From Candidatus Methylomirabilia bacterium (GTDB taxonomy: Bacteria > Methylomirabilota > Methylomirabilia > Rokubacteriales > CSP1-6), in the NCBI GenBank assembly GCA_041497895.1, contig JBGQHJ010000031.1, positions 1 through 37,727 of the forward strand: a stretch of DNA of 37,727 bases. The letters run 5' to 3'. Under the pieces are notes generated by a model. It did not search any database, was not told the DNA's origin, and was given only the letters and a program-made list of their open reading frames with translations. Shown piece after piece: positions 26,935 to 36,907 of the stretch (the first letter of the stretch is position 1; the number at the start of each line of letters is the position of its first letter). The translations under genes were made by a program, and so were the position numbers.

Positions 26935-27351
26935 TCAGCCGAGGCCCCAGGTGCGCACCTGCTGGGGCACCACGCGGAACATCACGCGGTCCGCCGGCAT
27001 CACGCGCCCGCCCCAGTACGCCTCGAGATGAGGGTGGTACTTGTCGAGGAAGCGGAGGGCGAGCGCGCGCCGCTCCGGCGTGTCGCCAAGGAACTGGGCG
27101 CGGCCGCGCATCGCGACCCCCTTGATGTCGTCGCCGCGCGCGCCGCTCTCCGCGACGAGGTGCAGCCGGGGGTCCCGCCGGAGGTTGTGAACCTTCTGCA
27201 GCCCGTCCACGCTGATCAGGGTGATTCCGGCCGGGTCGTGGAGGAACCACATCACGGTGATGAGCGGGGCCCCGTCGGGGTTGATCGTGCCGAGGAGCAT
27301 GATGTCCTTGGTGGCGAGGTACCCCTGGATGCGCGGATCGTCGAAGGTCAT
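26935..27351 (-). CDS. Pyridoxamine 5'-phosphate oxidase-like (PPOX, possibly F420-binding) protein
   Basis: LGTINPDGAP, QKVHNLRRDPRL, RGRA, DKY. Confidence 0.82.
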   Translation of the reverse strand: MTFDDPRIQGYLATKDIMLLGTINPDGAPLITVMWFLHDPAGITLISVDGLQKVHNLRRDPRLHLVAESGARGDDIKGVAMRGRAQFLGDTPERRALALRFLDKYHPHLEAYWGGRVMPADRVMFRVVPQQVRTWGLG

Positions 27352-27361
27352 GGGCGCGGGG

Positions 27362-28978
27362 CTACTGGGCGATCCAGACCTTCATGAAGGTGTTGTTGTC
27401 GTAGGTGGTGAGGCCGGGCTTGTAGTTGCGGAGCTTCTTGTCCTTGAAGAACCAGCCCTCCACCCAGGCCACCGCGATGGAGGCGTGGTCTCCCTTGCTC
27501 AGGAGGTAGCGCTGCAGCTCCCAGTAGGCCTGCTTGCGCTTGTCGTGGTTGGTCTCCTTGAGCGCCCGCTCGGTCAGCTCGTCGACCTTCGGATCCGAGT
27601 ACTGGCCGTAGTTGCTACCCGACTGGCTCGTGTAGGAGATGTGGAACACCCCGCTCGGCTCGTTGACATCCATCGCGCGGTCCTGGGTCGCGATGATCGT
27701 GAAGTCGCCCTTGCCGAAGGCCGCGTAGCCCGCCGCGCTCTCGTGGGTCTTCATGGTGCCGCGGATGCCGATCTTGCGGAGCTGGGCGATCACGAGCTGG
27801 CCGCGGTCGACGTAGTTGCCGACCTGGCGCACCGCCACCTCGACGTCGAGGCCGCCCGGGTGGTGCTTCTCGACCAGTCGCTTCGCCTCGGCGATATCGG
27901 CGTCCTTGGGCTGGCGGCAGCCGGGGGCCTTGGCCACCTCGTCGAGCGGCAGGGCGAAGTCGCCGACCAGCTTGGGATCGAGGATGGCGCACGGCACCCC
28001 CGCGCCCTCGAGGGACTTGGCCACCAGCTCCTGGCGGTCGATGGCGAGGTTGACCGCGCGGCGCATGTCCGGGTCGTCGAAGGGCGGCTTCTTGGCGTTG
28101 AGGTAGATGAAGAACACGGTGTTGATCGGCGCCTGGTAGATGTCGACGTCGGTGCGCGCGCGGCCAAGCTCGTCGGCCTGGGTCTTCCGCATCGGCGGCC
28201 ACGCGTCCCAGAGCATGATCTTCGACGCCTTGGCCGCCGCGAGCTGGGTCGGGCCGCCCACCAGGATGAACTGCTTGACCCCGTCGAGATACGGCAGCCC
28301 GGGGACGAAGTAGCTCGGGTTCTTCTCCCACTCGATCACGCTGCCCCGCTCGTACTTCTTGAACTTGAACGGCCCGGTGCCGATCTGGGCCTCCGGGGCG
28401 TTGAGGTCGCCGTACTTGGCCAGCACGTGCTTGGCCGCCACCCGGCACCACGCCGACGCGATGGAGGGCAGGAACGGTGCCGCCGCGAACTTGAGCCGGA
28501 ACTCGACGGTGCTCGGATCCACCGCCTCCACGCTCGCCACCATCGGCTTGAGCGAGGCCCCGCACTTGGGGCTCTTGAAGTCGGGGTTCAGGATCCGGTC
28601 GAACGAGGCCTTCACGTCGGCCGAGCTGAAGGGCTGCCCGTCGTGCCACTTCACGCCCCTCCTCAGGTGGAAGGTGTAGGTCTTGCCGTCCGCCGAGACG
28701 GTCCAGCGCTCGGCGAGGTCACCGACGATCTTGCTGGGCTCGTCCGGGTCGTACTGGAGCAGCCCACTGTAGATGCCGGCGGTCGCCTGCTGAACGACCA
28801 GGGGCGACTCGGCGTGGACGTCGAGACGACCGGGATCGCCGTAGTCGAACCAGGTCAGGATGCCGCCGGGCCGGGGCTTCTCCTGGGCACCCGCCGGAGG
28901 CGCCGGCACCGTGATCGTGGCGAGTAGCGCGGCGGCCAGGGCGGCGAGCCGAGCGAGTCTCGAGAGGCCCATCGTCAT
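27362..28978 (-). CDS. ABC transporter substrate-binding protein, family 5 (peptide/nickel type)
   Basis: Signal peptide, DLAERWTVSADGKTYTFHLRRGVKWHDG, IGTGPFKF, PPFDDPDMRRAVNLAIDR. Confidence 0.92.
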   Translation of the reverse strand: MTMGLSRLARLAALAAALLATITVPAPPAGAQEKPRPGGILTWFDYGDPGRLDVHAESPLVVQQATAGIYSGLLQYDPDEPSKIVGDLAERWTVSADGKTYTFHLRRGVKWHDGQPFSSADVKASFDRILNPDFKSPKCGASLKPMVASVEAVDPSTVEFRLKFAAAPFLPSIASAWCRVAAKHVLAKYGDLNAPEAQIGTGPFKFKKYERGSVIEWEKNPSYFVPGLPYLDGVKQFILVGGPTQLAAAKASKIMLWDAWPPMRKTQADELGRARTDVDIYQAPINTVFFIYLNAKKPPFDDPDMRRAVNLAIDRQELVAKSLEGAGVPCAILDPKLVGDFALPLDEVAKAPGCRQPKDADIAEAKRLVEKHHPGGLDVEVAVRQVGNYVDRGQLVIAQLRKIGIRGTMKTHESAAGYAAFGKGDFTIIATQDRAMDVNEPSGVFHISYTSQSGSNYGQYSDPKVDELTERALKETNHDKRKQAYWELQRYLLSKGDHASIAVAWVEGWFFKDKKLRNYKPGLTTYDNNTFMKVWIAQ

Positions 28979-29005
28979 CGCTATCGCTCCTTTGCGGTTC
29001 CGCGG

Positions 29006-29845
29006 CTAGCCGAGACCGCCGCGCAGGCGCGGATCCGTGAGATCGCGGATCGAATCGCCGAGTAGGTTGAGGCCGAACACGGCCAGGCTGATGGCCAGTC
29101 CCGGGAAGAATACCATCCACGGCGCGGTTTCGAGCGCCTGGATGCCCTGCGCGAGCATGCCGCCCCACGAGGGCTCGTCGGGCGGGGCGCCCGCGCCGAT
29201 GAAGCTGAGCGAGGCCTCCACCACGATCGCGTACGAGATGTTGGTGGTGACGAGCACGATGTAGCTCGCCATGCAGTTCGGGATGAGGTGCCGGACGATG
29301 ATGCGGGCCCGCGAGGCGCCGGCGGCCTCCGCGGCCTCGATGAACGGGTTCGCCACCACCCCGAGCGCCACCGCACGCAGCGTGCGGGCCGCGGTGGGGG
29401 TGAGCAGGATCACGAGGGCCAGGATCACGTTGTTGACCGACTGGCCCAGCGCGGCCATCAGGGAGAGCGCGAGGATGATGGGCGGCAGGGCCATGAGGCA
29501 ATCCACCACCCGCTGGCTGCCCGAGTCGGCCGCGCCGCCCACGTACCCGGTTACCACGCCCCAGAGCGCGCCGAGGGTGATGCCGAACACCACCGAGACC
29601 AGCCCCACGTAGAGGGAGAGGCGCGCGCCCCAGATCACCCGGCTCAGCACGTCGCGCCCGACCTGGTCGGTCCCCATCGGGAACTCGCGGCTCGGCGCAA
29701 CGTAGGTCGCGAAGCCGGTCTCCTTCGGGCCGTGCGGGGCGAGCAGCGGGGCGAGCAGGGCCACCAGGACGAGGGCCAGCACCACCACCGCGCCGGCCGC
29801 GCCCAGCGGCTGCCCGCGCACGAACCGGCCGAGGGCCCGGGTCAC
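29006..29845 (-). CDS. ABC transporter permease (DppC/OppC-like)
   Basis: GTDQVGRDVLSRVIWGAR, EAAEAAGAS, EASLSFIG, PSWGGML, GDSIRD. Confidence 0.92.
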   Translation of the reverse strand: MTRALGRFVRGQPLGAAGAVVVLALVLVALLAPLLAPHGPKETGFATYVAPSREFPMGTDQVGRDVLSRVIWGARLSLYVGLVSVVFGITLGALWGVVTGYVGGAADSGSQRVVDCLMALPPIILALSLMAALGQSVNNVILALVILLTPTAARTLRAVALGVVANPFIEAAEAAGASRARIIVRHLIPNCMASYIVLVTTNISYAIVVEASLSFIGAGAPPDEPSWGGMLAQGIQALETAPWMVFFPGLAISLAVFGLNLLGDSIRDLTDPRLRGGLG

Positions 29846-29852
29846 GCGCGCC

Positions 29853-30815
29853 TCACGCGTAGCGGATGCGCGGGTCGAGCCACGCGTAGAGCAGGTCGAT
29901 CGCGAGGTTCACGGCCAGGAACACCAGCGCCATCACGAAGACCATCGCCTGGACCGTCGGGTAGTCGCGCTGGCTCACCGCCTGGATCAGCGCGCTGCCC
30001 ATACCCGGCACCACGAAGATGATCTCCATGATCACGAGCCCGCCCAGGAGCCGCCCGCCCCACCAGCCGATGAAGGTGATCACCGGCAAGAGCGAGTTGC
30101 GCAGGGCGTGGCGGTAGACCACCGCGCCCTCGGCGAGCCCCTTGGCCCGCGCGGTGCGCACGTAGTCCTGGCGCACCACCTCGAGCATCTGCGAGCGCGT
30201 CAGGCGGGTGATCGGGGCGCTGATGTAGTAGGCCTGGGCCAGCGCGGGCCAGATGAGCTGCTTGAGGTTCTCCACCGGGTCCTCGGTGAACGACACGAAC
30301 TCGAGCGGGGGCAGCCAGTGGAAGACGCGCACCAGGCCGTAGAGGATGAGGGCCCCGGTGAAGAACAGGGGCAGGCTGAGCCCGCTCAGGCTGACCAGCC
30401 GCGCCAGGTAGTCGAGCGGGCCGTTCTGCCGCACCGCGGAGACCACCCCGAGCGGGATCGCCCAGACGATGGCGATGAGCAGGGTCAGCACCGCCAGCTC
30501 CATCGAGCGCGGGAAGCGCTCCCGGAGGATGTCCACCACCGGCCGCCGCTGCACGTAGGACTGGCCGAAGTCGCCGCGGACCGCGCCCCCGATCCAGTCG
30601 AGGTACTGGGTGACCACCGGCCGGTCGAGGCCCAGCTCCCGGCGGATCTGCTGGATCTGCTTCTTCTGCACCGCGCTCGACTCCGAGCCGGTCTGGTAGA
30701 CCAGGATCTCCGCGATGTCCCCGGGCACCAGGCGCATCAGCACGAAGATCAGGATCGAGGCGCCGAGCAGCGTGGGCACGAACAGCAGGAGCCGCCGCAG
30801 GATGTAGGTCGACAC
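29853..30815 (-). CDS. ABC transporter permease (DppB/OppB-like)
   Basis: RLVPGD, GDFGQS, DYVRTARAKGL, HALRN, LDPRIRY. Confidence 0.92.
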   Translation of the reverse strand: MSTYILRRLLLFVPTLLGASILIFVLMRLVPGDIAEILVYQTGSESSAVQKKQIQQIRRELGLDRPVVTQYLDWIGGAVRGDFGQSYVQRRPVVDILRERFPRSMELAVLTLLIAIVWAIPLGVVSAVRQNGPLDYLARLVSLSGLSLPLFFTGALILYGLVRVFHWLPPLEFVSFTEDPVENLKQLIWPALAQAYYISAPITRLTRSQMLEVVRQDYVRTARAKGLAEGAVVYRHALRNSLLPVITFIGWWGGRLLGGLVIMEIIFVVPGMGSALIQAVSQRDYPTVQAMVFVMALVFLAVNLAIDLLYAWLDPRIRYA

Positions 30816-30816
30816 C

Positions 30817-31239
30817 TCACAGCCGATGGCGCCGGATGGTCCTGGCCATCGCCTCCGGGCTGAAGCCCAGCTGGAGCAGGGCCGCGCCCAGGTCGAAGGA
30901 CTCGCGGTAGGCCGCGATCTTGCCGTCGCGCTTCTCGAACAGGCTCATGCCGCGGAAGCGCACCGCGCGGCCCGCGCTCCGCGGGATCGCCTCGGTCACC
31001 GTGTAGCCGAAGGTCCACTCGGCCGCCGCGCCGGACTCGGTCTCCACCACCGTCTCCATCGTCCACCGGTAGTCGCGGCCTTCGCGGAACATGCGCTCGA
31101 ACATGGCGCGCAGCCCCGCGGGGCCGGTGTGCCCGCCGAAGAAGGTGTCGTGGTAGGAACCGTCGGGGGTGAAGCAGGCGACCAGGGCCGCCACGTCCTG
31201 CCGGTTGAAGGCGCGCTCGAACTCCCGCACGATGCTCAT
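30817..31239 (-). CDS. NTF2/SnoaL-like protein
   Basis: FERAFNRQDVAALVACFTPDGSYHD..., RGMSLFEKRDGKIAAYRESFD. SD GGGAG. Confidence 0.82.
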   Translation of the reverse strand: MSIVREFERAFNRQDVAALVACFTPDGSYHDTFFGGHTGPAGLRAMFERMFREGRDYRWTMETVVETESGAAAEWTFGYTVTEAIPRSAGRAVRFRGMSLFEKRDGKIAAYRESFDLGAALLQLGFSPEAMARTIRRHRL

Positions 31240-31283
31240 GGCCGACTCCCTCTCACGACGCGACCGCTCACGCCCATCCCGGC

Positions 31284-32537
31284 TCAGCGGATCACGAACT
31301 GCAGGTGACGGTGGGCCGCGCGCAGGGCCGCCTCCGCCTCGGCCGGCGTCGCGGCGCGGGAGAAGATGAACCCGAGATAGCGCGAGCCCTCCGGTAACGG
31401 CACGACCTCCTGCCCCTTGTGGAGCGAGATCGTGATGTCCTCCACGTGCGGAACCGCGCGGGCCTCGTCGAGGCCGCCCACCTCCTCGAGGATGCCGCCA
31501 CGCGGGATCGGGATCATCATCACCGCGGCCGCGGCCCGCTCGCGCTCGAGCGAGTCCACCGGTCGCCCCAGCGCCCGCCGCAGGATCAGCTCCTCGAGCG
31601 ACATGCCGGTCCCGAAGCGCAGGGTCCGGCCGCAGAGGCCTCCGATCGACCGCGCCGCGATCTCCAGCACCACCGGCTCGAGCGCGCCCTCCGCCGCCGC
31701 GCGTAGGCGCAGCTCGCAGTGCACCGCCCCGTCGGAGAGCCCGAGCGCGCGCGCGGCGCGCGCCGCCACGTCGGCCACCGCGGCCTGGATGGCCGCGGGC
31801 AGCCGCGACGGGGCGACGTAGATGGTCTCCTCGAAGAACGGCCCGTCGAGCGGGTCGGGCTTGTCGAAGAGGGCCAGGGTGCGGAGGGCGCCGTCCTCGA
31901 GCAGCCCCTCGAGCGCCACCTCGACACCCGGCACGAAGCCCTCCACCACGAGGCTGTCGGTCCCCTCGCCCAGCGCGGCGATCTCGGGATCGCGCAGGAT
32001 GGCCCGGATGCGCGCGAAAGCGGCGACGAAGGCGGCCTCGTCGTCGGCCCGGATCACCCCCCGGCTCGCCGAGAGCACCCGCGGCTTGAGCACGCACGGA
32101 TAGGCCATGCGCCGGGCCGCGGCGACGGGATCCTCGTCGACCCGCACGGTGGTGAAGGTGGGAGACGGCACCCCGGCCCGCGCGAGCAGCTCGCGCATCA
32201 CCCGCTTGTCGCGGGTGGCCTGGGCCGCGGCGAGCGGATTCACGCGCAGGCCGAGCGCCTCGCCCACCGCGGAGGCCACCACGGTGGTGGCGTCGTCGAC
32301 CGGCACCACCGCGTCGAGCGGCCGGCGCGCCGCGTACTCGCGCACCTCGCGGGCGGACGCGGCCGGATCGGAGAAGGGCAGGGTCAGGAGGTGGTCCGGG
32401 AACTCACCCGCCATCATGTTCGGACGGTCGGACGCGATCACCAGGTCCACGTCGAGCGACCGCGCCGCATCGACGAAGTCCTCGGTCCGGTACGTGGTGG
32501 TGGGAATCAGGAGCAGCAGTCGCTGGGAAGGCGCCAT
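31284..32537 (-). CDS. ATP-grasp domain protein (amino-acid-ligase-like)
   Basis: RDKRVMRE, YPCVLKP, SASRGVIRAD, EGFVPGVEVALEG, LEIAARSIGG, YLGFIF. Start ATG 32537. Confidence 0.85.
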   Translation of the reverse strand: MAPSQRLLLLIPTTTYRTEDFVDAARSLDVDLVIASDRPNMMAGEFPDHLLTLPFSDPAASAREVREYAARRPLDAVVPVDDATTVVASAVGEALGLRVNPLAAAQATRDKRVMRELLARAGVPSPTFTTVRVDEDPVAAARRMAYPCVLKPRVLSASRGVIRADDEAAFVAAFARIRAILRDPEIAALGEGTDSLVVEGFVPGVEVALEGLLEDGALRTLALFDKPDPLDGPFFEETIYVAPSRLPAAIQAAVADVAARAARALGLSDGAVHCELRLRAAAEGALEPVVLEIAARSIGGLCGRTLRFGTGMSLEELILRRALGRPVDSLERERAAAAVMMIPIPRGGILEEVGGLDEARAVPHVEDITISLHKGQEVVPLPEGSRYLGFIFSRAATPAEAEAALRAAHRHLQFVIR

Positions 32538-32643
32538 GGCCGCGGCGGAGCAGAGTTTATCACGGCGCACGCGGGCCGCAGTTGCGGTATACATGAGAGC
32601 CCGGCTCCCGACCGGGATCCCCAAGACCACAGGAGGCCAGGTC

Positions 32644-33584
32644 ATGCGCGTCGGCATCATGATCGAGGGGCAGGAAGGGCTCACCTGGGAGCGCTGGCTC
32701 AGACTCGTGCAGGCGGCCGAGGACATGGGCTACGAGTCGCTCTGCCGGTCGGATCACCTCACCGGGCTCTGGGGCGAATCGAAGCGGCCCTCGCTCGAGA
32801 CGTGGACCTCCCTCACCGTGCTGGCCGCCCGCTCGCACCGGGTGCGCTTCGGCCCCATGGTCTCGCCGGTCACCTTCTACCATCCGGCCCTGCTCGCCAA
32901 GATGGCGGTGGCCCTCGACACCCTCTCCGGCGGGCGCATGGACCTGGGCCTCGGCGGCGGCTGGAACGAGCACGAGCACGCCATGTTCGGCATCGCGCTG
33001 CCGCCGATGAAGGAGCGGCTCGACCGCCTGGAGTGCGCCGCGCGCTACATCCGGGCCCTGGGCGTGGGGGAGCCGGTCACCCTCGAGCAGCCCTACTACC
33101 CGCTCCACAAGGCCGAGAACTATCCCCTGCCCACCTACGGCCGGCTGCGCCTCGTGATCGGCGGCCGCGGGGAGAAGCGCACCCTGCGCATCGCAGCCGA
33201 GTTCGCCGACGAGTGGAACGTCACCCGGGTGGACCCGGACACCTTCCGCCAGAAGCGCGAGGTCCTGGCCAAGCACTGCGCGGCGGTCCGCCGCGATCCG
33301 GAGACGATCACCCGCTCGCTGATGATCCCGCTCGCGATCGGCCGCGATCGTCACGACGTGGCCCAGCGCATCGCGGCGGCGCGCGCGACCTTCCCCCAGA
33401 TGCCGGCCGACGAGGAGGCCTGGCGCGGGGCGAGCTTCCTGGTGGGCACGCCCGACGACGTGATCGAGCAGCTCCGACAGTGGGAGGAGGCGGGGGTGCA
33501 GCGGGTGCTCCTGCAGATGCTCGACCAGGAGGATCTCGCCGCGATCGAGCTGTTCGCTCGCCACGTGCTGCCCCGCGTGAGGTA

Positions 33585-33585
<1 letters not shown>
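32644..33585 (+). CDS. LLM-class, probably F420-dependent, oxidoreductase
   Basis: MIEGQEGLTW, RSDH, LGLGGGWNEHEH, GGRGEKRTLRIAAEFADEWN. SD AGGAGG. Confidence 0.85.
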
Positions 33586-34319
<734 letters not shown>

Positions 34320-34390
34320 GAGCCGCGCGCCGCGCCGGAGTGCCGGTCACCCGCGCGAAGGCCGCGGGGAGACGCGGTCGTCGGCGCCGC

Positions 34391-35104
34391 TCACCGCCTC
34401 GACCGGAGCTGGCGCAGCGACACCGCGTGGAGCGTCCAGGCCAGCGGCACCAGGAACGCGGGCAGCCAGATGAAGGGCAGGTCGCCGATGAAGGTGGTGG
34501 CCGGGTCGGTCTCGAACAGGCGGAACCGCGTCGGCGCGGACAGCTGCGCGTGCACTACCACGTTCAGCAGGATCACGATGCCGGCCCAGTTCCACCACCG
34601 CGCGACCCGGGCCGGCCACGCGCGCCGGACGAAGCAGGCGTAGGCCACGACCGGCGCGCTGAGCCCGACCAGGATGTCCACGTTGCGCCCGGTGAAGGTC
34701 ATGATCTCCGGCGCCACTCCCGCCACCGCGAGCCGCCACAGGACGATCTCCACCACGATGCGGAAGGCCTGCGCGCCCACCGGCCACGCCGGGGGCATCG
34801 CGGCCAGAAGGGGGTCGAGGCGCCCCGAGGCGGTGAGCGCGAGCGCGGCCAGCAGCGGCGGGCCGACCGCCAGCAGCATGTGGGGCGGCAGGGCGTAGAA
34901 GTCCTCGAAGAAGCCGCGGTCGGCGAGCACGGCGCTCAGCGCGAGCCAGCCTCCCATGGCGACGCCGGCGAGCCGCACCCCGCGCGCCGCGCCGGGACCG
35001 ACCGCGTGAGCGGCACGCGCCGCGCCCCAGACCACCAGCACCAGCATTCCCACCACGGTGGCGACGAAGAGCAGGCTGATCGTGACCGGCGCGTCGGAGA
35101 GCAT
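34391..35104 (-). CDS. Conserved-looking multi-pass membrane protein of unknown function
   Basis: About 7 hydrophobic helices; QAFRIVVE, GRNVDILVGL, PFIWLPAFLVP..H; coding-like codon usage. Confidence 0.72.
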   Translation of the reverse strand: MLSDAPVTISLLFVATVVGMLVLVVWGAARAAHAVGPGAARGVRLAGVAMGGWLALSAVLADRGFFEDFYALPPHMLLAVGPPLLAALALTASGRLDPLLAAMPPAWPVGAQAFRIVVEIVLWRLAVAGVAPEIMTFTGRNVDILVGLSAPVVAYACFVRRAWPARVARWWNWAGIVILLNVVVHAQLSAPTRFRLFETDPATTFIGDLPFIWLPAFLVPLAWTLHAVSLRQLRSRR

Positions 35105-35229
35105 CGCGGCATGGATAGCACATCTTGCGCACGGACGTACGGTCAACACACGCGTCACGCCCATGACAGCCTCCGCCGCGTCCGTCGGCTATCTACCGGT
35201 CATTGCTGGCCCGGAAATACCGCGAGCAC

Positions 35230-35245
35230 TGGCATCGCGATTGCT
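35230..35245 (+). promoter_or_regulatory. sigma54 (-24/-12) promoter
   Basis: TGGCAT-CGCGA-TTGCT. Predicted TSS near 35256, just before the riboswitch. Confidence 0.72.
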
Positions 35246-35267
35246 CTTCTCCTCTCCTCGCGGAGTC

Positions 35268-35354
35268 TCTTCCCGACAAAGGCAAACCCGTCGTGAGACG
35301 GGGACGCAAAGCCGCGGATCAGGTGACCCCTGACGGCCGGGCTACCGAAGGAAG
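35268..35354 (+). ncRNA. Cyclic di-GMP-I (GEMM-I) riboswitch aptamer
   Basis: GACAAAGGCAAACCCGTC-GTGA-GACGGGGACGCAAAGCC...GGCCGGGCTACCGAAG: GGCAAAC, GNRA-capped P2, GACGCAAAGC junction and ACCGA 3' end. Confidence 0.9.
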
Positions 35355-35410
35355 GGCGCACGAAAGCGCTCGTCGGGATCTGAAATGCGCTCCGCGACAG
35401 GAGGATCCCG

Positions 35411-36115
35411 ATGCGACACACGATGTCCCGCTTCATCGTTCGCCGGCTCGCCGCCCTCGCGCTCATCTTCGTCATCCCGGTTCCCGCGGCCGCCGACGAT
35501 GCCATCATGAGCGTCGACCAGTACAAGACCGCCAAGGCCCGCACCCTCGCCACCACCTACCAGCCGCTCCTCAACCAGATGCGCGAGGAGATCTACCACT
35601 GCATGCCGTGGGTCGGCGTGCAGAAGGCGGGCATCGGCTTCCGCCAGCCCAAGGGCGCGGTGGAGGACGACCGCTACCTCTCGGTATGGATCATGATCGA
35701 TCAGGACGAGGACGCCCGCTTCGCCGCGCTGCCCGCGGAGCGCCGCGCCTCCGCGATGTTCTCGCGCTACGGCACCGATCTCCTGCGGCGCATGGCGGCG
35801 CTCCAGCCGCTGGTCGCCGATCCCAACGTGCAGGGCTTCTCGGTGGTGCTGTCCTGGCTCAAGCCGGGCACCGGAGGCGGCGCGGTCCAGCCGGTGAACG
35901 AGACCCTCGCCCTCTTCGTCGACAAGCAGACCACGCTCGGCTTCCTCGCCAAGCGCGTGCCGGCGGGCGAGTTCACCCGCCGCGCCAAGTTCTCGATCTT
36001 CGACGGCGTGCAGGACATGGGCCGGCTGCCGCTGGAGGTGTGGGAGGATTCCTTCGTCCGGACCTTCAAGGTCGCCAACTACGAAACGCCCAAGGGACAG
36101 AAGTGCTCGGGTTGA
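35411..36115 (+). CDS. Exported hypothetical protein under riboswitch control
   Basis: SD GGAGG, signal peptide (RRLAALALIFVIPVPAAA|DD), two Cys, strong GC3 codon bias. No family recognised. Confidence 0.78.
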   Translation: MRHTMSRFIVRRLAALALIFVIPVPAAADDAIMSVDQYKTAKARTLATTYQPLLNQMREEIYHCMPWVGVQKAGIGFRQPKGAVEDDRYLSVWIMIDQDEDARFAALPAERRASAMFSRYGTDLLRRMAALQPLVADPNVQGFSVVLSWLKPGTGGGAVQPVNETLALFVDKQTTLGFLAKRVPAGEFTRRAKFSIFDGVQDMGRLPLEVWEDSFVRTFKVANYETPKGQKCSG

Positions 36116-36149
36116 AGGCCCGACCGCTCCCCTGACCCGGACCAACCAG

Positions 36150-36207
36150 GCCGCTCGGAAGGACCCGATGCGACGACGAGTGCAGCAGGCGGGTCCTTCC
36201 GGGCGGT
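36150..36207. repeat. Long inverted repeat between convergent genes (terminator-like or MITE remnant)
   Basis: CCGCTCGGAAGGACCCG (36151-36167) pairs with CGGGTCCTTCCGGGCGG (36190-36206): 17 bp with one G-U, 22-nt loop. Confidence 0.65.
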
Positions 36208-36209
36208 CG

Positions 36210-36905
36210 CTAAGTAACCGGCAGGCGGTCGCCGGCCCCGTACCACACTGGGTCGGCGGCCGGCCGGAACAGCTTCACCCGCGCGGTCCCGTGCGCGGTC
36301 ACCACCCCGTCCTCGGCGGTCACCCACGCGCCCTCCTCGAGTCCCAGCACCGGATTGGCGTTGACCACGTGGTACTCGCGGATCCGGTCGTCGCGCGTCT
36401 CGCTGAAGGGCGCCATCATGGGATCGGCTTCCTTGTAGTGCGGATTGATGTTGAAGCCCACCAGCCCGAGCGCGTCGAAGCGATCCAGGGCCACCACGTT
36501 CCAGTCGTTGGTGGTGAGGATGGTGGGGCCGGCGACGTTGGAGCCCGCGCTCGCCCCCATGTAGGGCATGCCCGCGATCACGCGGGCGCGGATGGCCTCG
36601 AGCAGACCGGCCCCGCGCAGCCGCTGGAGCAGCGCGTAGGTGTTGCCACCGCCCATGAAGAGTGCCTCCGCCCGGGCGAGCGTGTCGAAGGGACCTCCGT
36701 CCCAGCGCAGGTGCAGGAGCTCGAGCCCCGCGCCGTCCGGCGGGGCCGGCTCGAGCGCGGCCCGCACCCGCTCGAAGGTCGCGGCCGGGTCGTGCAGGCT
36801 CGCCGCGGTCACGAAAGCCACGCGGCGGAACGGGCCGAGGAAGTCCGGCAGGGCCGCGCGACCGACCGGCCCGAGCGGCCCGCCCGAGTGCAGGAGGACG
36901 CGCAT
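36210..36905 (-). CDS. pepE: Dipeptidase E (peptidase S51)
   Basis: GGGNTYALL, YMGASAGSNVAGPTILTTND, NINPHY, ETRDDRIREY. Start ATG 36905. Confidence 0.88.
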   Translation of the reverse strand: MRVLLHSGGPLGPVGRAALPDFLGPFRRVAFVTAASLHDPAATFERVRAALEPAPPDGAGLELLHLRWDGGPFDTLARAEALFMGGGNTYALLQRLRGAGLLEAIRARVIAGMPYMGASAGSNVAGPTILTTNDWNVVALDRFDALGLVGFNINPHYKEADPMMAPFSETRDDRIREYHVVNANPVLGLEEGAWVTAEDGVVTAHGTARVKLFRPAADPVWYGAGDRLPVT

Positions 36906-36907
36906 CC

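Noticed and set aside
35268..35354. Riboswitch as a 3',3'-cGAMP (GEMM-Ib) variant
   Set aside because: The specificity position (35281) is G, not A, consistent with c-di-GMP.
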